From the IMG/VR virus record IMGVR_UViG_3300027759_003534, positions 118,567 through 182,566 of that record: DNA of 64,000 bases; one strand, given 5' to 3'. The stretch's first letter is position 1. The number at the start of each line of letters is the position of its first letter. The notes beneath the pieces were generated by a model. That model was given only the letters and a program-made list of their open reading frames with translations. It was not told the origin of the DNA and searched no databases. This DNA is from a virus. A program made the position numbers and the translations under genes. Of this stretch, positions 1 through 10,897 are shown piece by piece.

Positions 1-1
1 A

Positions 2-496
2 TTTCCTAACCACAACATTGTTTTTATACTTGGCAATTTTAAAAAATGTCTACAACGTGAGTGGATATTAGCTGGACATGAGAGATACATTCAAAAAAAC
101 ATACAACATACCTATGACTATGATAGGATAGAGCACTATAACGCATTTAAAGATAATTCGTGGCCAGCCTGTTTTACTATTAATGATATAGAAAATTTGC
201 CAGTTTCTATTCTTAACGAGATTACTCAAGAGTTTAAAAAAATACAAAAAAGACAAAATGCCACTAACATGCTAGCTGACCTTGAAAACCGTATAATTGG
301 TAAAGTGAACTCTGCATATGAAATTATATGTTGGCATAAAAATTATTATGATCAATATCCTTTGTTAATTTCAAATGAGTCTACAGTAATTGATATTAAT
401 TGTGATGAGGATATTTTTTCAAAAACAATGCAAAAAGAATTAGACTTCTACAACAGCGAAATATTTGATGAAGTGTGGAAGGAATTAAATGTCTAA
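2..496 (+). CDS. 5'-truncated hypothetical protein (frame open to window start)
   Basis: Frame 2 is open from nt 2 (FPNHNIVFILGNF...) into the 197..496 track ORF; contains YNAFKDNSWPACFTINDIENLP; stop overlaps the next ATG. Confidence 0.75.
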   Translation, partial: FPNHNIVFILGNFKKCLQREWILAGHERYIQKNIQHTYDYDRIEHYNAFKDNSWPACFTINDIENLPVSILNEITQEFKKIQKRQNATNMLADLENRIIGKVNSAYEIICWHKNYYDQYPLLISNESTVIDINCDEDIFSKTMQKELDFYNSEIFDEVWKELNV

Positions 497-1520
497 AGTA
501 AACGCATTCAATGGGTTTGATAAGTTAACAGAAGTATGGTTAGGCGATGTTTATCCAACGGATTTTTATCAAGATTTTGATTCAGAAGTTCGAGATGCCT
601 TTGAACAAATTACCGCGATGACTATTGAAGATCTTTCCAAGATACAAACAGTTTTAGAATCAAAAAATGTTAAGGTACAACGTCCTCAATTTAGTTCAAA
701 TCTTGAAAATTATCTCAACGATTCTGGAACTTTAATAAAACCTCCAATAATGCCTAGAGACACTGAATTATCCTTGGGTAATACGTTCTATCATTTAAGA
801 TCTGATTACAAAATAGATCCTTGGCAAAAACAAATTGATGCTATGCTAGACAATGGAGTAGACATAAAAGTTGGACCATCCGGAAATGATTTATCTTGTA
901 TACAGCCACCTAGTATAGTTCGTTGCGGCAATGATCTTTATGTTGACATTGATTCGCATAAGCATGTGATGCCTCAAATCGCGTTAACTTTAATAGAATG
1001 GTCGAAACAGTATAGGGTTCACTTGATTTCTACAGGTGGACATAGCGATGGTGTATTCTGTCCAATTCGTGAAGGATTACTTATTACCACTCACTGGATA
1101 GACGATTACAAAAAAACATTTCCGGGATGGGAAGTATTTAAAATACCCCGGGAGCTTACTGGTATTGCTGGATCTTTACAGAATTGGTGGGTTCCGGAGA
1201 TACAAATTTCGTCAAACAGTTTATTTGCAAAACATATAGAAGAAAGAGCAATAGATTGGGTTGGAAATTATCAAGAAACGCAATTTAGTGTCAACATGCT
1301 GGTTGTTGATCATAATACAGTGATTGCCGTAAATCAAAATCCTGTGTTGACTGAATTTTTAACCAAAAAAGGAATAGAAGTAATTATTGTTGATTTTAGA
1401 TGTAAAGAATTTTGGGATGGTGGTATGCATTGCCTAACGTGTGATACTCAACGCAATGGCTTGATTAAAAATTATTTTCCAGAGCGCCCAGTTGCAAACT
1501 ATTTAGATTGGATAAAATGA
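489..1520 (+). CDS. Amidinotransferase (glycine/inosamine-phosphate amidinotransferase family)
   Basis: N-terminal LTEVWLG, MPRD, GHSDG and C-terminal WDGGMHC catalytic Cys motif. Confidence 0.9.
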   Translation: MSKVNAFNGFDKLTEVWLGDVYPTDFYQDFDSEVRDAFEQITAMTIEDLSKIQTVLESKNVKVQRPQFSSNLENYLNDSGTLIKPPIMPRDTELSLGNTFYHLRSDYKIDPWQKQIDAMLDNGVDIKVGPSGNDLSCIQPPSIVRCGNDLYVDIDSHKHVMPQIALTLIEWSKQYRVHLISTGGHSDGVFCPIREGLLITTHWIDDYKKTFPGWEVFKIPRELTGIAGSLQNWWVPEIQISSNSLFAKHIEERAIDWVGNYQETQFSVNMLVVDHNTVIAVNQNPVLTEFLTKKGIEVIIVDFRCKEFWDGGMHCLTCDTQRNGLIKNYFPERPVANYLDWIK

Positions 1521-2929
1521 ACAACAAAGGCGACGAAAGTGTAAACAATAAAAGCAAGTTTCTCAGCGGTGCCGAGGAAATGCAAAATCTGCTTGGCCCA
1601 GCACTTTGTCTGGCCAAATGGAAACAGGTTAGTTTACATTTACCCACGGGCCTTAACAACAGTTGTTATCATCCTCCACTACACCCTATTCCCGCTGAGT
1701 TGTTGACTGATAATCCTGGTGCGCTACACAATACTCCACACAAAAAAGAACAGCGCAAGATCATGTTACGGCAAGAACGCCCTAGCGAATGTAGTTATTG
1801 CTGGGCTATGGAGGACAATGACAAGTTAAGTGATCGTCATTATCGCAGTGGTGAGCCATGGGCTGCCAAATACTTTGATATTATAACCAATTCAAATGGA
1901 GATGAAGATGTCATACCTAGTTATGTGGAAGTTAACTTTAATCATGCTTGTAATTTGGCATGTAGTTACTGTAGTCCTCAATTTAGTTCAACTTGGCAAC
2001 AAGAAATGGATCAGCATGGCGCTTACCCTACTAGCACTAGACACAACGATCCTAGTCATTTTGTTGGTCGCAATCGGCCTATCCCAGTTCGCGAGCATAA
2101 TCCCTATGTAGAAGCTTTTTGGGCCTGGTGGCCTACGCTTTATCCAGAACTAGAGCACTTTCGTATGACCGGTGGTGAGCCCATGTTGGACAAGAACACG
2201 TATAGAGTGTTTGATTATGTATTAGCCAACCCTAAACCCAACTTGCATTTAAACGTAACCAGTAATTTCAGTGTAGATGAAAAGACTTGGCAAAAGTATA
2301 AGGGATATGTAAAAGAATTATGCAAAGGTGAGCGGATTGAACACTTTATGCAGTTTGTTAGTCTGGACAGCTTCGGTGATCAAGCAGAATATATTAGACA
2401 CGGCTTGGACTTTGATCTGCTGTGGGATCGTGTAAATCAATTCTTAACAGAGATACCTGGACGTAATTCAATTACCTTTATTGTGACTATGAATAATCTT
2501 AGTGTAACAGGATTACCGCACCTGTTTGCTGGCATACTAGGCCTGCGTAAGTTATACAGCAAGACATATCAGCGTGTGTGGTTTGACACACCTGTGCTCA
2601 GACAACCCACATGGCAAAGCCTACAACTGCTACCAGAATCGTATGTGGATCAACTTGAACAACTTTGGGCTTGGATGATTCGTCAAATTGAAACAGAAGA
2701 AACTCGTTTCCACGGATTTAAAGACTACGAGATTGCTCGCTTGGACAGAGATATTGCCTGGATGCGTGATGGACAAAAGTTGGATCCTGCTGTGATCAAT
2801 TGTAATAAAGCAGACTTCTATAGATTCTTTGCAGAAGCTGATCGCAGACACAGTACAAACTTCTTAAAAACTTTTCCAGAAATGACAGCTTGGTGGAAAG
2901 AATGCAAATATTATGCTAAACAATCATAA
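1517..2929 (+). CDS. Radical SAM protein with N-terminal twitch/SPASM-like domain
   Basis: CNLACSYC, TGGEP, N-terminal Cys cluster (CLAKW..SCYHP..CSYCW); ATG 1517 overlaps upstream TGA. Confidence 0.9.
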   Translation: MNNKGDESVNNKSKFLSGAEEMQNLLGPALCLAKWKQVSLHLPTGLNNSCYHPPLHPIPAELLTDNPGALHNTPHKKEQRKIMLRQERPSECSYCWAMEDNDKLSDRHYRSGEPWAAKYFDIITNSNGDEDVIPSYVEVNFNHACNLACSYCSPQFSSTWQQEMDQHGAYPTSTRHNDPSHFVGRNRPIPVREHNPYVEAFWAWWPTLYPELEHFRMTGGEPMLDKNTYRVFDYVLANPKPNLHLNVTSNFSVDEKTWQKYKGYVKELCKGERIEHFMQFVSLDSFGDQAEYIRHGLDFDLLWDRVNQFLTEIPGRNSITFIVTMNNLSVTGLPHLFAGILGLRKLYSKTYQRVWFDTPVLRQPTWQSLQLLPESYVDQLEQLWAWMIRQIETEETRFHGFKDYEIARLDRDIAWMRDGQKLDPAVINCNKADFYRFFAEADRRHSTNFLKTFPEMTAWWKECKYYAKQS

Positions 2930-4052
2930 AATTGTATTAAACAATTTTTGTGAAATTGATCGTCTTATCCGCCCATTTGCCGATGACGAGTTTTACGATT
3001 TAACCAAGCACACTATAGTACCAGGCGCCATATACATAATTGGCCGAGAGCAATTTACAACTAACCGACAGCTTATTAAACAATTAGTTGATAGCGGTAC
3101 TATACGAGCAGTATTATGTAATCCTGCCGAGGGGTCTGAGTCAATGTATTGGTTATATCAGACATTAGGAATAGGCAATTTTACCAAACATGCCGCTGTT
3201 ATCACTGGCGGATATTTGCCCGATGGTATTCCGCATATGTACCATGAACATTTTCTACCGTTGATATTAGATTACGATGAAAACATAAAAGCTATAGAAG
3301 ATTATAAAAACAGAAAAACAACCGACCGCCCTTACAAATTTTTATTTTTAAATGGTAGATTGCGTGTACACCGAAAATATCTATTAGAATATTTTAGATT
3401 AACTGGGTTGTTAGACCAAAGTCTCTGGACAAATCTAGACCATAGAAATAGTCAGCCACCAAAACTAAAATTAGAACATAACGGACAAGATCTTATCAAT
3501 AGTCCATTTCCTGTACACTATCTACCAGCCCAATATGAGATCGACCGTTATCAACAACAAGCAGTTAAAGTGCCAACAGAGTTATCGGGCGACCTGGCTG
3601 CCAAACGATATTTGTTTAACAACGAATGGGGCGACATTTATATTGCACCCGCGCCTTACCTAGACACTTATTTTAGTTTAGTAACCGAAACAGTATTTGA
3701 TTATCCGTATACATTTAGAACAGAAAAAATTTGGAAACCTATAGCAATTGGACATCCGTGGATTGCCGCTACTAACCGTGGCTATTATAGAGATATGCAC
3801 AACCTAGGATTTAAAACTTTTGGACACCTAATTGACGAAAGTTTTGATCAAATAGAAAATGGTCAAGATAGAATTGAGCGTATAACTCAAGTAGTGGAGG
3901 ATCTTTGCCGGCAGGACCTTCCAGCTTTCTTAACAGCAGCCAAAGATGTGTGTAAATACAATCAACAATTGCTTGCGGAGTTAAGGATTAAAGTCCGCAG
4001 TGAGTTTCCTGATCGTTTCCACCAATTTATTAATCAACAATTCAATGCATGA
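2913..4052 (+). CDS. GT10 (fucosyltransferase)-like putative glycosyltransferase
   Basis: YFSLVTETVFDYPYTFRTEKIWKPIAIGHPW resembles the GT10 ENS..DY.TEK..K motif; paralogous to 15955 and 17148 ORFs. Confidence 0.5.
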   Translation: MLNNHKIVLNNFCEIDRLIRPFADDEFYDLTKHTIVPGAIYIIGREQFTTNRQLIKQLVDSGTIRAVLCNPAEGSESMYWLYQTLGIGNFTKHAAVITGGYLPDGIPHMYHEHFLPLILDYDENIKAIEDYKNRKTTDRPYKFLFLNGRLRVHRKYLLEYFRLTGLLDQSLWTNLDHRNSQPPKLKLEHNGQDLINSPFPVHYLPAQYEIDRYQQQAVKVPTELSGDLAAKRYLFNNEWGDIYIAPAPYLDTYFSLVTETVFDYPYTFRTEKIWKPIAIGHPWIAATNRGYYRDMHNLGFKTFGHLIDESFDQIENGQDRIERITQVVEDLCRQDLPAFLTAAKDVCKYNQQLLAELRIKVRSEFPDRFHQFINQQFNA

Positions 4053-5376
4053 TTTAGAATTCAAACAACAAGTGTTAGACACAAAGAGTGCCAGCTTTTG
4101 TGCAGCCAAGTGGTATAATGCTACTATATGGTTAGGTTCAGGACAGACTACAAGTTGTCATCACCCACCCGCACACAAGATTGATCTAGAAGAATTAAAA
4201 ACAAATCCAAAGGCATTACACAACACGGTAGAAAAGAAAATAGATCGATTGAACATGCAGTTGGGCAATCGTCCTAAGGGGTGTGAATATTGCTGGAAGA
4301 TTGAAGACATGGGCCGCGATAGTATTAGCGACCGTGTATATAAAAGTAAAATTTACCCTATAAAGGCCCTAGATGAAGCATATCAAACTCCGCATCAAGC
4401 AGATGTCAATTTACGTACACTGGAAATTGCGTTCGATCGCACTTGCCAATTTGCTTGTAGCTATTGTAACCCTGCTTTCAGTAGCACATGGGTTAAAGAC
4501 ATACGATCCAACGGTCCCTATGAGTCCTTGGTGTCTGATGGGCGTAACCACTTTACTCACGATCACCCTAGCAGTCAACTATACCGCGTTGGCGAAACTA
4601 ATCCCTATGTTGAAGCGTTCTTTGCTTGGTGGGAAACGGATCTTCACCGGACTCTTCAAGAGCTGAGGATCACTGGTGGTGAACCCTTAATGAGTGGCGA
4701 AACCTGGAAGCTGTTGGATTGGTTTAAAACCAATAAAGGTAAAAGCTCAACTCGGTTGGCCATCAACAGTAACTTGGGTGCAAAAGTGGATTTAGATCGT
4801 TTGCTAGACAGCATAGAAGGATTAGAAGTAGATATCTATACTAGTCAAGAAAGCGTATACAATCAAGCTGAATACATTCGAGATGGATTAGATTATGATG
4901 CTTGGATATCCAATGTTCAAAAGTTACTAGACAGCGACTGTGTAAGAGCTGTACATTGCATGGCTACTATCAACGCATTATGCTTAGATAGTTTGACTAG
5001 CTTGCTGTATCAATTGCTAGAATTTAAACAAATGTACGGGCGTGAGCGAGTGAGTTTTACACTGAACATTTTGCGTTTTCCTAGTTTTCAAAGTCCATTG
5101 GTATTGCCTGACGACTTGCGCACACACTATAAAGATCGATTACAAGACTTCCTGGATCGCAATCGCAACAATAAATTCATACACGAGCACGAGCTCAATC
5201 ACATACAACGGTTGATTGATTATCTAGATGTGGTTAAGACCCCGCATTCGGATTCATTTGATATGCCTAAATTGTTAAATGATTTTAAACAGTTTCATAC
5301 TCAATACGATCAGCGTCGTAACAAAAATTTTACCGCAACATTTCCTCAATTGGCAGACTGGTATAACACATTATGA
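4045..5376 (+). CDS. Radical SAM protein with N-terminal twitch-like domain
   Basis: CQFACSYC, TGGEP; paralogue of 1517 ORF; ATG 4045 preferred. Confidence 0.9.
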   Translation: MHDLEFKQQVLDTKSASFCAAKWYNATIWLGSGQTTSCHHPPAHKIDLEELKTNPKALHNTVEKKIDRLNMQLGNRPKGCEYCWKIEDMGRDSISDRVYKSKIYPIKALDEAYQTPHQADVNLRTLEIAFDRTCQFACSYCNPAFSSTWVKDIRSNGPYESLVSDGRNHFTHDHPSSQLYRVGETNPYVEAFFAWWETDLHRTLQELRITGGEPLMSGETWKLLDWFKTNKGKSSTRLAINSNLGAKVDLDRLLDSIEGLEVDIYTSQESVYNQAEYIRDGLDYDAWISNVQKLLDSDCVRAVHCMATINALCLDSLTSLLYQLLEFKQMYGRERVSFTLNILRFPSFQSPLVLPDDLRTHYKDRLQDFLDRNRNNKFIHEHELNHIQRLIDYLDVVKTPHSDSFDMPKLLNDFKQFHTQYDQRRNKNFTATFPQLADWYNTL

Positions 5377-7064
5377 ATTTAGATGATAAAATTATTGAAC
5401 TTAAAACAGCGTACAACGTAATTGACGTGGTAAATTTGGACCAGTGGAGTAACAGTATTAATGAAGGCAAAAACTGGCTCGAGCACACCTGTCGCCGTCT
5501 GCACAAGGATCCGTACAAAAACAATGAGCGTATTGTTTTTACACACTCGGCAGATTTTTACACAGAAGATGATTTAACAACAGCTGGGATTATACTTAGA
5601 AACTTACAAGTTATTTTAAATTCAGTTGATATATCAAACTTTTTTGTTATTGTTGTATCAACCAATAACAATATAGCAGAAGAGTGGAACATTATAAATG
5701 AACTAAGCAAAGACCCGGTGCCATTGGCAGTTGAAATTGTCGATGGAAAATTTACTCAAAACATTATAAAAGATTATTCAAAACGCCAGGAAACTTATAA
5801 ATATGGGTCAGTCGATCCTGTAAAAATACGATTAGACGAGCTTACAACTCAAGAAAAATTTTTACTTACAGAAAGTAAAACCTTCTGTATCTACCCCTGG
5901 ATACATCTACATGCTTATCCAACTGGGGAGGCATATCCTTGTTGTCATGCTGAAATGGCGTATCCGGTAGGCAATACAAAATTTAAAACCCTTGAAGAAA
6001 TATATCGTGATGCGCCCATGCGTGAGCTAAGAAAGGACATGCTGGCCGAGCAACCAAACCCTGCATGCGGTCGTTGTTACGAGCAGGAGGAAGCAGGTTT
6101 CTTCAGCGGTCGCCGGAGTGCCAACAAGCACCATGGACACCATGTCAAACGTATCGATGATGATCAGTTTCAAATGAGCTACTGGGATATTCGTTTCAGT
6201 AACTTATGCAACCTAAGTTGCCGTAGTTGTGGGCATATATTCAGCTCTAGCTGGTATCAAGATCAGGCCAAGTTGGCTGGTGGTGATTGGAAAGATCGCA
6301 ACCAAGTGTTAAACTATGCAGGCCGTACAGAGACAGACATGTGGGAACAGTTGATTCCGCATCTGGACTATGTAGAGCAAATTTACTTTGCTGGCGGCGA
6401 ACCCTTAATGATGAAGGAACACTACAACATTTTAGATGAACTGGAACGTCGTGGGCGGTTTGATGTCAGACTGATATATAATACTAACTTTACACATGTC
6501 AAGCTGAAGGATCGCACAGTATTTGATTATTGGAAACGCTTTAAAAGTGTAGCGGTAGGAGCCAGTTTAGATGCTATGGGCCCACGTGCAGAGTATATAC
6601 GAAAAGGCACTGAATGGGACCAAGTAGAACGCAATCGTGCGCAAATGCTAGAAATATGCCCCAATATAGACTTTTATATAAGCCCTACACTAAGCATAAT
6701 GAATGCACTACACCTACCAGAGTTTCACCGCAACTGGGTTGACAAAGGATTTATTAAACCGCAAGACTTGAATGTGAATATTTTGCAAGACCCAACGCAT
6801 TTCAGAATAGACATAGCACCTGTTGAATATAAGCAACGTATACAAGTAGCATACGAAGAACACTTGGAATGGTTGCGCCCATTGGATTCACTACAGCGAG
6901 CAACTGTGGGGTTTGAGAGTGCTATCAACTTTTTGATGTCCACAGACAATTCTGCATTGTTACCTAAATTTTGGTCGGCGTCTGACAAATTAGATCACAT
7001 TCGATCCGAAAGTTTATTAGACGTAGTTCCGGAATTGACATTAATCGAACAATATAGACAATAA
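5373..7064 (+). CDS. Radical SAM/twitch protein with N-terminal extension
   Basis: CIYPWIH..YPCC..CGRC twitch domain, CNLSCRSC, AGGEP. Confidence 0.9.
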   Translation: MNLDDKIIELKTAYNVIDVVNLDQWSNSINEGKNWLEHTCRRLHKDPYKNNERIVFTHSADFYTEDDLTTAGIILRNLQVILNSVDISNFFVIVVSTNNNIAEEWNIINELSKDPVPLAVEIVDGKFTQNIIKDYSKRQETYKYGSVDPVKIRLDELTTQEKFLLTESKTFCIYPWIHLHAYPTGEAYPCCHAEMAYPVGNTKFKTLEEIYRDAPMRELRKDMLAEQPNPACGRCYEQEEAGFFSGRRSANKHHGHHVKRIDDDQFQMSYWDIRFSNLCNLSCRSCGHIFSSSWYQDQAKLAGGDWKDRNQVLNYAGRTETDMWEQLIPHLDYVEQIYFAGGEPLMMKEHYNILDELERRGRFDVRLIYNTNFTHVKLKDRTVFDYWKRFKSVAVGASLDAMGPRAEYIRKGTEWDQVERNRAQMLEICPNIDFYISPTLSIMNALHLPEFHRNWVDKGFIKPQDLNVNILQDPTHFRIDIAPVEYKQRIQVAYEEHLEWLRPLDSLQRATVGFESAINFLMSTDNSALLPKFWSASDKLDHIRSESLLDVVPELTLIEQYRQ

Positions 7065-7066
7065 TC

Positions 7067-8395
7067 ATGACTGATAAAATTATAGGCAAATACAACTGGC
7101 AAGATCGAATTCCCAGTTACATTCCGTTAGAACAGCTAACCGACATTCAACGGCATAGACTAATGGAAAGTAAAACTTTTTGCATGTTACCTTGGATACA
7201 CTTACATGCATGGCCCGATGGCCGCGCTTATCCGTGTTGTTTAGGCAATGCTCGACATCCTGTGGGTAACTTTAAAGAAAAATCCATGAAGGAAATTTGG
7301 AACGACGACGCCATGCGGCAAATGCGAGTCAACATGCTCAATGATCAGCCTTGCAAGGAATGTAGTGACTGCTACGAGCAAGAAGAGTACGGCTTCGCTA
7401 GTATGCGCAACAACAGCAACAAAAACTTTGGACAGCACGTTGCCGAAGTAGAAGATACATTGCCCGACGGTTCCACGCCAAACTTTCAATTGCACTACTG
7501 GGATGTGCGCTTTAGTAATATATGCCAGCTCAAGTGCCGTAGTTGTGGCAGTATCTTTAGCAGTCGTTGGTATGATGATGATGTCAAGTTATGGGGTAAA
7601 GAACTGCGCCCACGTGTGCAGTTTGCTGGTCGTCATGAAAATGATGTATGGGAACAGATGCAAGAACATGTTCCGCACCTGGACCAAATATATTTTGCCG
7701 GCGGCGAACCCTTGATCATGGAAGAACATGCACGTATATTAAAGCTGCTGATAGAAAAAGGTAATACCAATGTTCGCTTGATTTACAATACCAATTTGAA
7801 TGAATTGCGTTATAAACGAGAATCAGTACTGGATCTATGGAAACATTTCCCCAATGTGTGCGTGGCTGCCAGTTTGGACGACATGGGAGCTCGTGCTGAA
7901 ATCATACGGTCAGGCACAAACTGGGCTCAAGTAGAACAAAACATTAGAGATTTAAAGCGTGAGTGTCCGCATATAGACTTCATGATCAGCCCTACACTCA
8001 GCATGATGAACATCTGGAACTTTACTAGATTCCACCGTTACATGGTTGATCAAGGATTTATACGAGCCCAAGACTTTAACTTGAACATATTACAAGGTCC
8101 CCAAGAATATCGTATAGATATGTTGCCAACTGATATCAAACAACAGTTCAAGCGAGAGTTTGAAGAACACATCCGTTGGTTAGAGCCGATCGACGGAATA
8201 CAACGTGCCACTGGTGGATTCCGTGGAGCTATTGAGTTTATGATGGCCACTGACAACAGCCATTTGTTACAGGGATTTTGGGAAACTGTCAATGATCTGG
8301 ATTGGAGCCGTAGTGAAAGTTTATTGAGTGTGGTTCCAGAGTTGGCGGCCATTGTCCAATATCGCCCCAAAGATAAAAGGATACCCCTTAAGTGA
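7067..8395 (+). CDS. Radical SAM/twitch protein
   Basis: CMLPWIH..YPCC..CSDC, CQLKCRSC, AGGEP; close paralogue of 5373 ORF. Confidence 0.9.
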   Translation: MTDKIIGKYNWQDRIPSYIPLEQLTDIQRHRLMESKTFCMLPWIHLHAWPDGRAYPCCLGNARHPVGNFKEKSMKEIWNDDAMRQMRVNMLNDQPCKECSDCYEQEEYGFASMRNNSNKNFGQHVAEVEDTLPDGSTPNFQLHYWDVRFSNICQLKCRSCGSIFSSRWYDDDVKLWGKELRPRVQFAGRHENDVWEQMQEHVPHLDQIYFAGGEPLIMEEHARILKLLIEKGNTNVRLIYNTNLNELRYKRESVLDLWKHFPNVCVAASLDDMGARAEIIRSGTNWAQVEQNIRDLKRECPHIDFMISPTLSMMNIWNFTRFHRYMVDQGFIRAQDFNLNILQGPQEYRIDMLPTDIKQQFKREFEEHIRWLEPIDGIQRATGGFRGAIEFMMATDNSHLLQGFWETVNDLDWSRSESLLSVVPELAAIVQYRPKDKRIPLK

Positions 8396-9615
8396 CATTA
8401 CCACACGATAAATTCTGCGTACTACCTTGGATTAGTTTAGAAACTAGTCCCGTAGGTACTGTACGTCCTTGTTGTCTAGCTGAAGACGAACTGGTAGACA
8501 ATGCTGGAGATAAGTTTAATCTAGCCACGGCTGAGTTTAGTACTATACAAAACAGCCACGGTATGCGTCGGTTGCGTCAAGAGTTCATTGACCGGAAACA
8601 GCCACAAACATGCCGCAAGTGCTGGAGAGAAGAACGTGCAGGCCGCACTAGTAAACGTATGCATACCTTAGATCGTTTAAAGCACATGTTGGATCACGTA
8701 ACAGACTGGACCGTAGACGCCAAGCCCTTGATGTTTTTAGATCTCAAGCTGGGTAACATATGTAACTTAAAATGCCGCATATGCGGATCATGGAGTTCAA
8801 GTACATTTGCCGCAGAGGAACTGGCCAATCTAGAACCCACGGAAGATCGTAAAACAAATCATCATTATCAAATGCTACGTCAAGGCGCTTGGCCCAGAGA
8901 AAATCTCAAGTTTTGGTCGGAGATAGCTCAGGTAAGCGATCAAATTGAGTATATAGAGTTTACCGGCGGTGAACCCTTTATGATACAAGAACACTTTGAC
9001 CTGTTGCAGGACCTGGTAGATCGTGACCTAGCCCAGAACATAGAAATACACTACAACACCAATGGTACACAATACCCTGAGCAAGGCCCTGAGATATGGC
9101 GCCACTTTCAGCATGTAGAAATAGCCGTCAGCATAGACGATGTGGGTGATAGATTTGAATATCAACGCTCAAATGCTCTTTGGGCAGAAGTAGAAGCCAA
9201 TATAGCCCGTTTTAAAACTCTACGTAGCCAACATTCTAATATGACTCTACAGGTATGTAGCACAGTGAATGTGTTTAACGTGTATTACTTGCCAGAACTG
9301 GCCAAATGGAATTATGCACAAGGATTTGACTATGTGTATTGGAACATGATGCACGAAGCCTACTACTTTAGCGTCAGCACATTGCCCGAAGCCGCAAAAG
9401 CAGATATTACTGCAAAACTACGCACCGGCAAGAGCGACGTTGCGCAAGAATTTGAACGTATCATTAACTTTATGAACAACGGTGCCAGCCTGGATGGGAA
9501 ACTGTTAAGAATGAAAATAGCTGATCTGGATCGCAAACGTGGTCAAGACTTGAGAACTGTAGAGCCAGAATTTGCTGAATTAATAGGATACAATGGACCC
9601 AATGGCAACATCTGA
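8392..9615 (+). CDS. Radical SAM/twitch protein
   Basis: CVLPWIS..RPCC..CRKC, CNLKCRIC, TGGEP; GTG start overlapping upstream TGA. Confidence 0.9.
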   Translation: MTLPHDKFCVLPWISLETSPVGTVRPCCLAEDELVDNAGDKFNLATAEFSTIQNSHGMRRLRQEFIDRKQPQTCRKCWREERAGRTSKRMHTLDRLKHMLDHVTDWTVDAKPLMFLDLKLGNICNLKCRICGSWSSSTFAAEELANLEPTEDRKTNHHYQMLRQGAWPRENLKFWSEIAQVSDQIEYIEFTGGEPFMIQEHFDLLQDLVDRDLAQNIEIHYNTNGTQYPEQGPEIWRHFQHVEIAVSIDDVGDRFEYQRSNALWAEVEANIARFKTLRSQHSNMTLQVCSTVNVFNVYYLPELAKWNYAQGFDYVYWNMMHEAYYFSVSTLPEAAKADITAKLRTGKSDVAQEFERIINFMNNGASLDGKLLRMKIADLDRKRGQDLRTVEPEFAELIGYNGPNGNI

Positions 9616-10897
9616 TCGACTGTGTTTAGCACCCTGGGTCCATACATATCTTAGTCCACAAACCGAAAGGCGCATGTGCTGTGCCAGCAGAGAACCTGCA
9701 CAGGCATTTGAACAGTATATAGATACTGTTGCAGGCACAGGTACATACCACCCTACAACATTAGAAGCACACTGGAACGGCGATCACATGCGCAGTGTAA
9801 GACGGCGCATGATGGCCGACGAAACTTTACCTGAATGCGCTGTGTGCAATGAACAACTGCTTAATACCGACGTGTACCGTAGCTACTTTAACCGTATGTT
9901 TGGGCACTTACGCAATGACATTTATGCTAAAACAGATGATACAGGGTCAACTACTATGCAACCTGTATCATGGGATTATCGCTTCAGTAACCTATGTAAC
10001 TTTAAGTGCCGTACGTGCGGGGATATGTTAAGTAGTAGTTGGGAGTCAGAACAACGTGCTAACAACATGATCAACTGGTCTAACCCAAAGAATAACTGGA
10101 TGCTTCCAGAAGTACGTGAAGAAATAACTCGGTTTCAAGACAGTCAAATTGAGCAAGAGTTTAGTCAAGCAGTAGAAGAACACCGTGTAGAAGAAGTATA
10201 TTGGGTAGGCGGCGAACCTTTGATGTATGAACAGCACTGGCGCTATATGCGTCGCATAATTGAATTAGGAGATGGACCACGTGTTTACGCAAGATATAAT
10301 ACTAACCTTAGTCGGGTTAATTATAGGGGTATTGGGTTGTATACTGATATTCTTGCCCATATTCGTGATTGGCAAATCTGCGCCAGCCTCGACGGAACAG
10401 GACCAACAGGAGAATACATCAGAACGGGATTGGACTATGTGGATTGGCTAGCTAACTTTAAACAAGGGTTAGAACTAGCACAAACACGTAGACAAATGCG
10501 TATAGACTTTACGCTAACATTACCTGGCTTGTTCGAAGTTCATAATATCCAACAATTAGCTGAAGAGCTTGATGTAGACATTTTAGCCAAAGTAGTATTC
10601 AGCTTCTCCCCAGATATCATTATGAGCCCACTTGCACTACCCAGAAAGTTATTAGACAAGACCGTGGATCGTATAATAACTCAACTACCCAACGGTGCTT
10701 TACGAGATGTATTACTACAGTTAAAACGTAGGCCCGTGTTTACCGAACAATGGAACCACGGCGAAGCCGCAGCGCAAATTGCAGTAGGAAAAAAACGTAT
10801 ATTACAGTTAGAACAAATCCGCGGAGACACATTGACTTTACAAACAATATTAAATCAAGACCCAGAAATAGGAGCATGGTATGACAGCATTGCTTGA
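9593..10897 (+). CDS. Radical SAM/twitch protein
   Basis: CLAPWVH..RMCC..CAVC, CNFKCRTC, VGGEP. Confidence 0.9.
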   Translation: MDPMATSDRLCLAPWVHTYLSPQTERRMCCASREPAQAFEQYIDTVAGTGTYHPTTLEAHWNGDHMRSVRRRMMADETLPECAVCNEQLLNTDVYRSYFNRMFGHLRNDIYAKTDDTGSTTMQPVSWDYRFSNLCNFKCRTCGDMLSSSWESEQRANNMINWSNPKNNWMLPEVREEITRFQDSQIEQEFSQAVEEHRVEEVYWVGGEPLMYEQHWRYMRRIIELGDGPRVYARYNTNLSRVNYRGIGLYTDILAHIRDWQICASLDGTGPTGEYIRTGLDYVDWLANFKQGLELAQTRRQMRIDFTLTLPGLFEVHNIQQLAEELDVDILAKVVFSFSPDIIMSPLALPRKLLDKTVDRIITQLPNGALRDVLLQLKRRPVFTEQWNHGEAAAQIAVGKKRILQLEQIRGDTLTLQTILNQDPEIGAWYDSIA

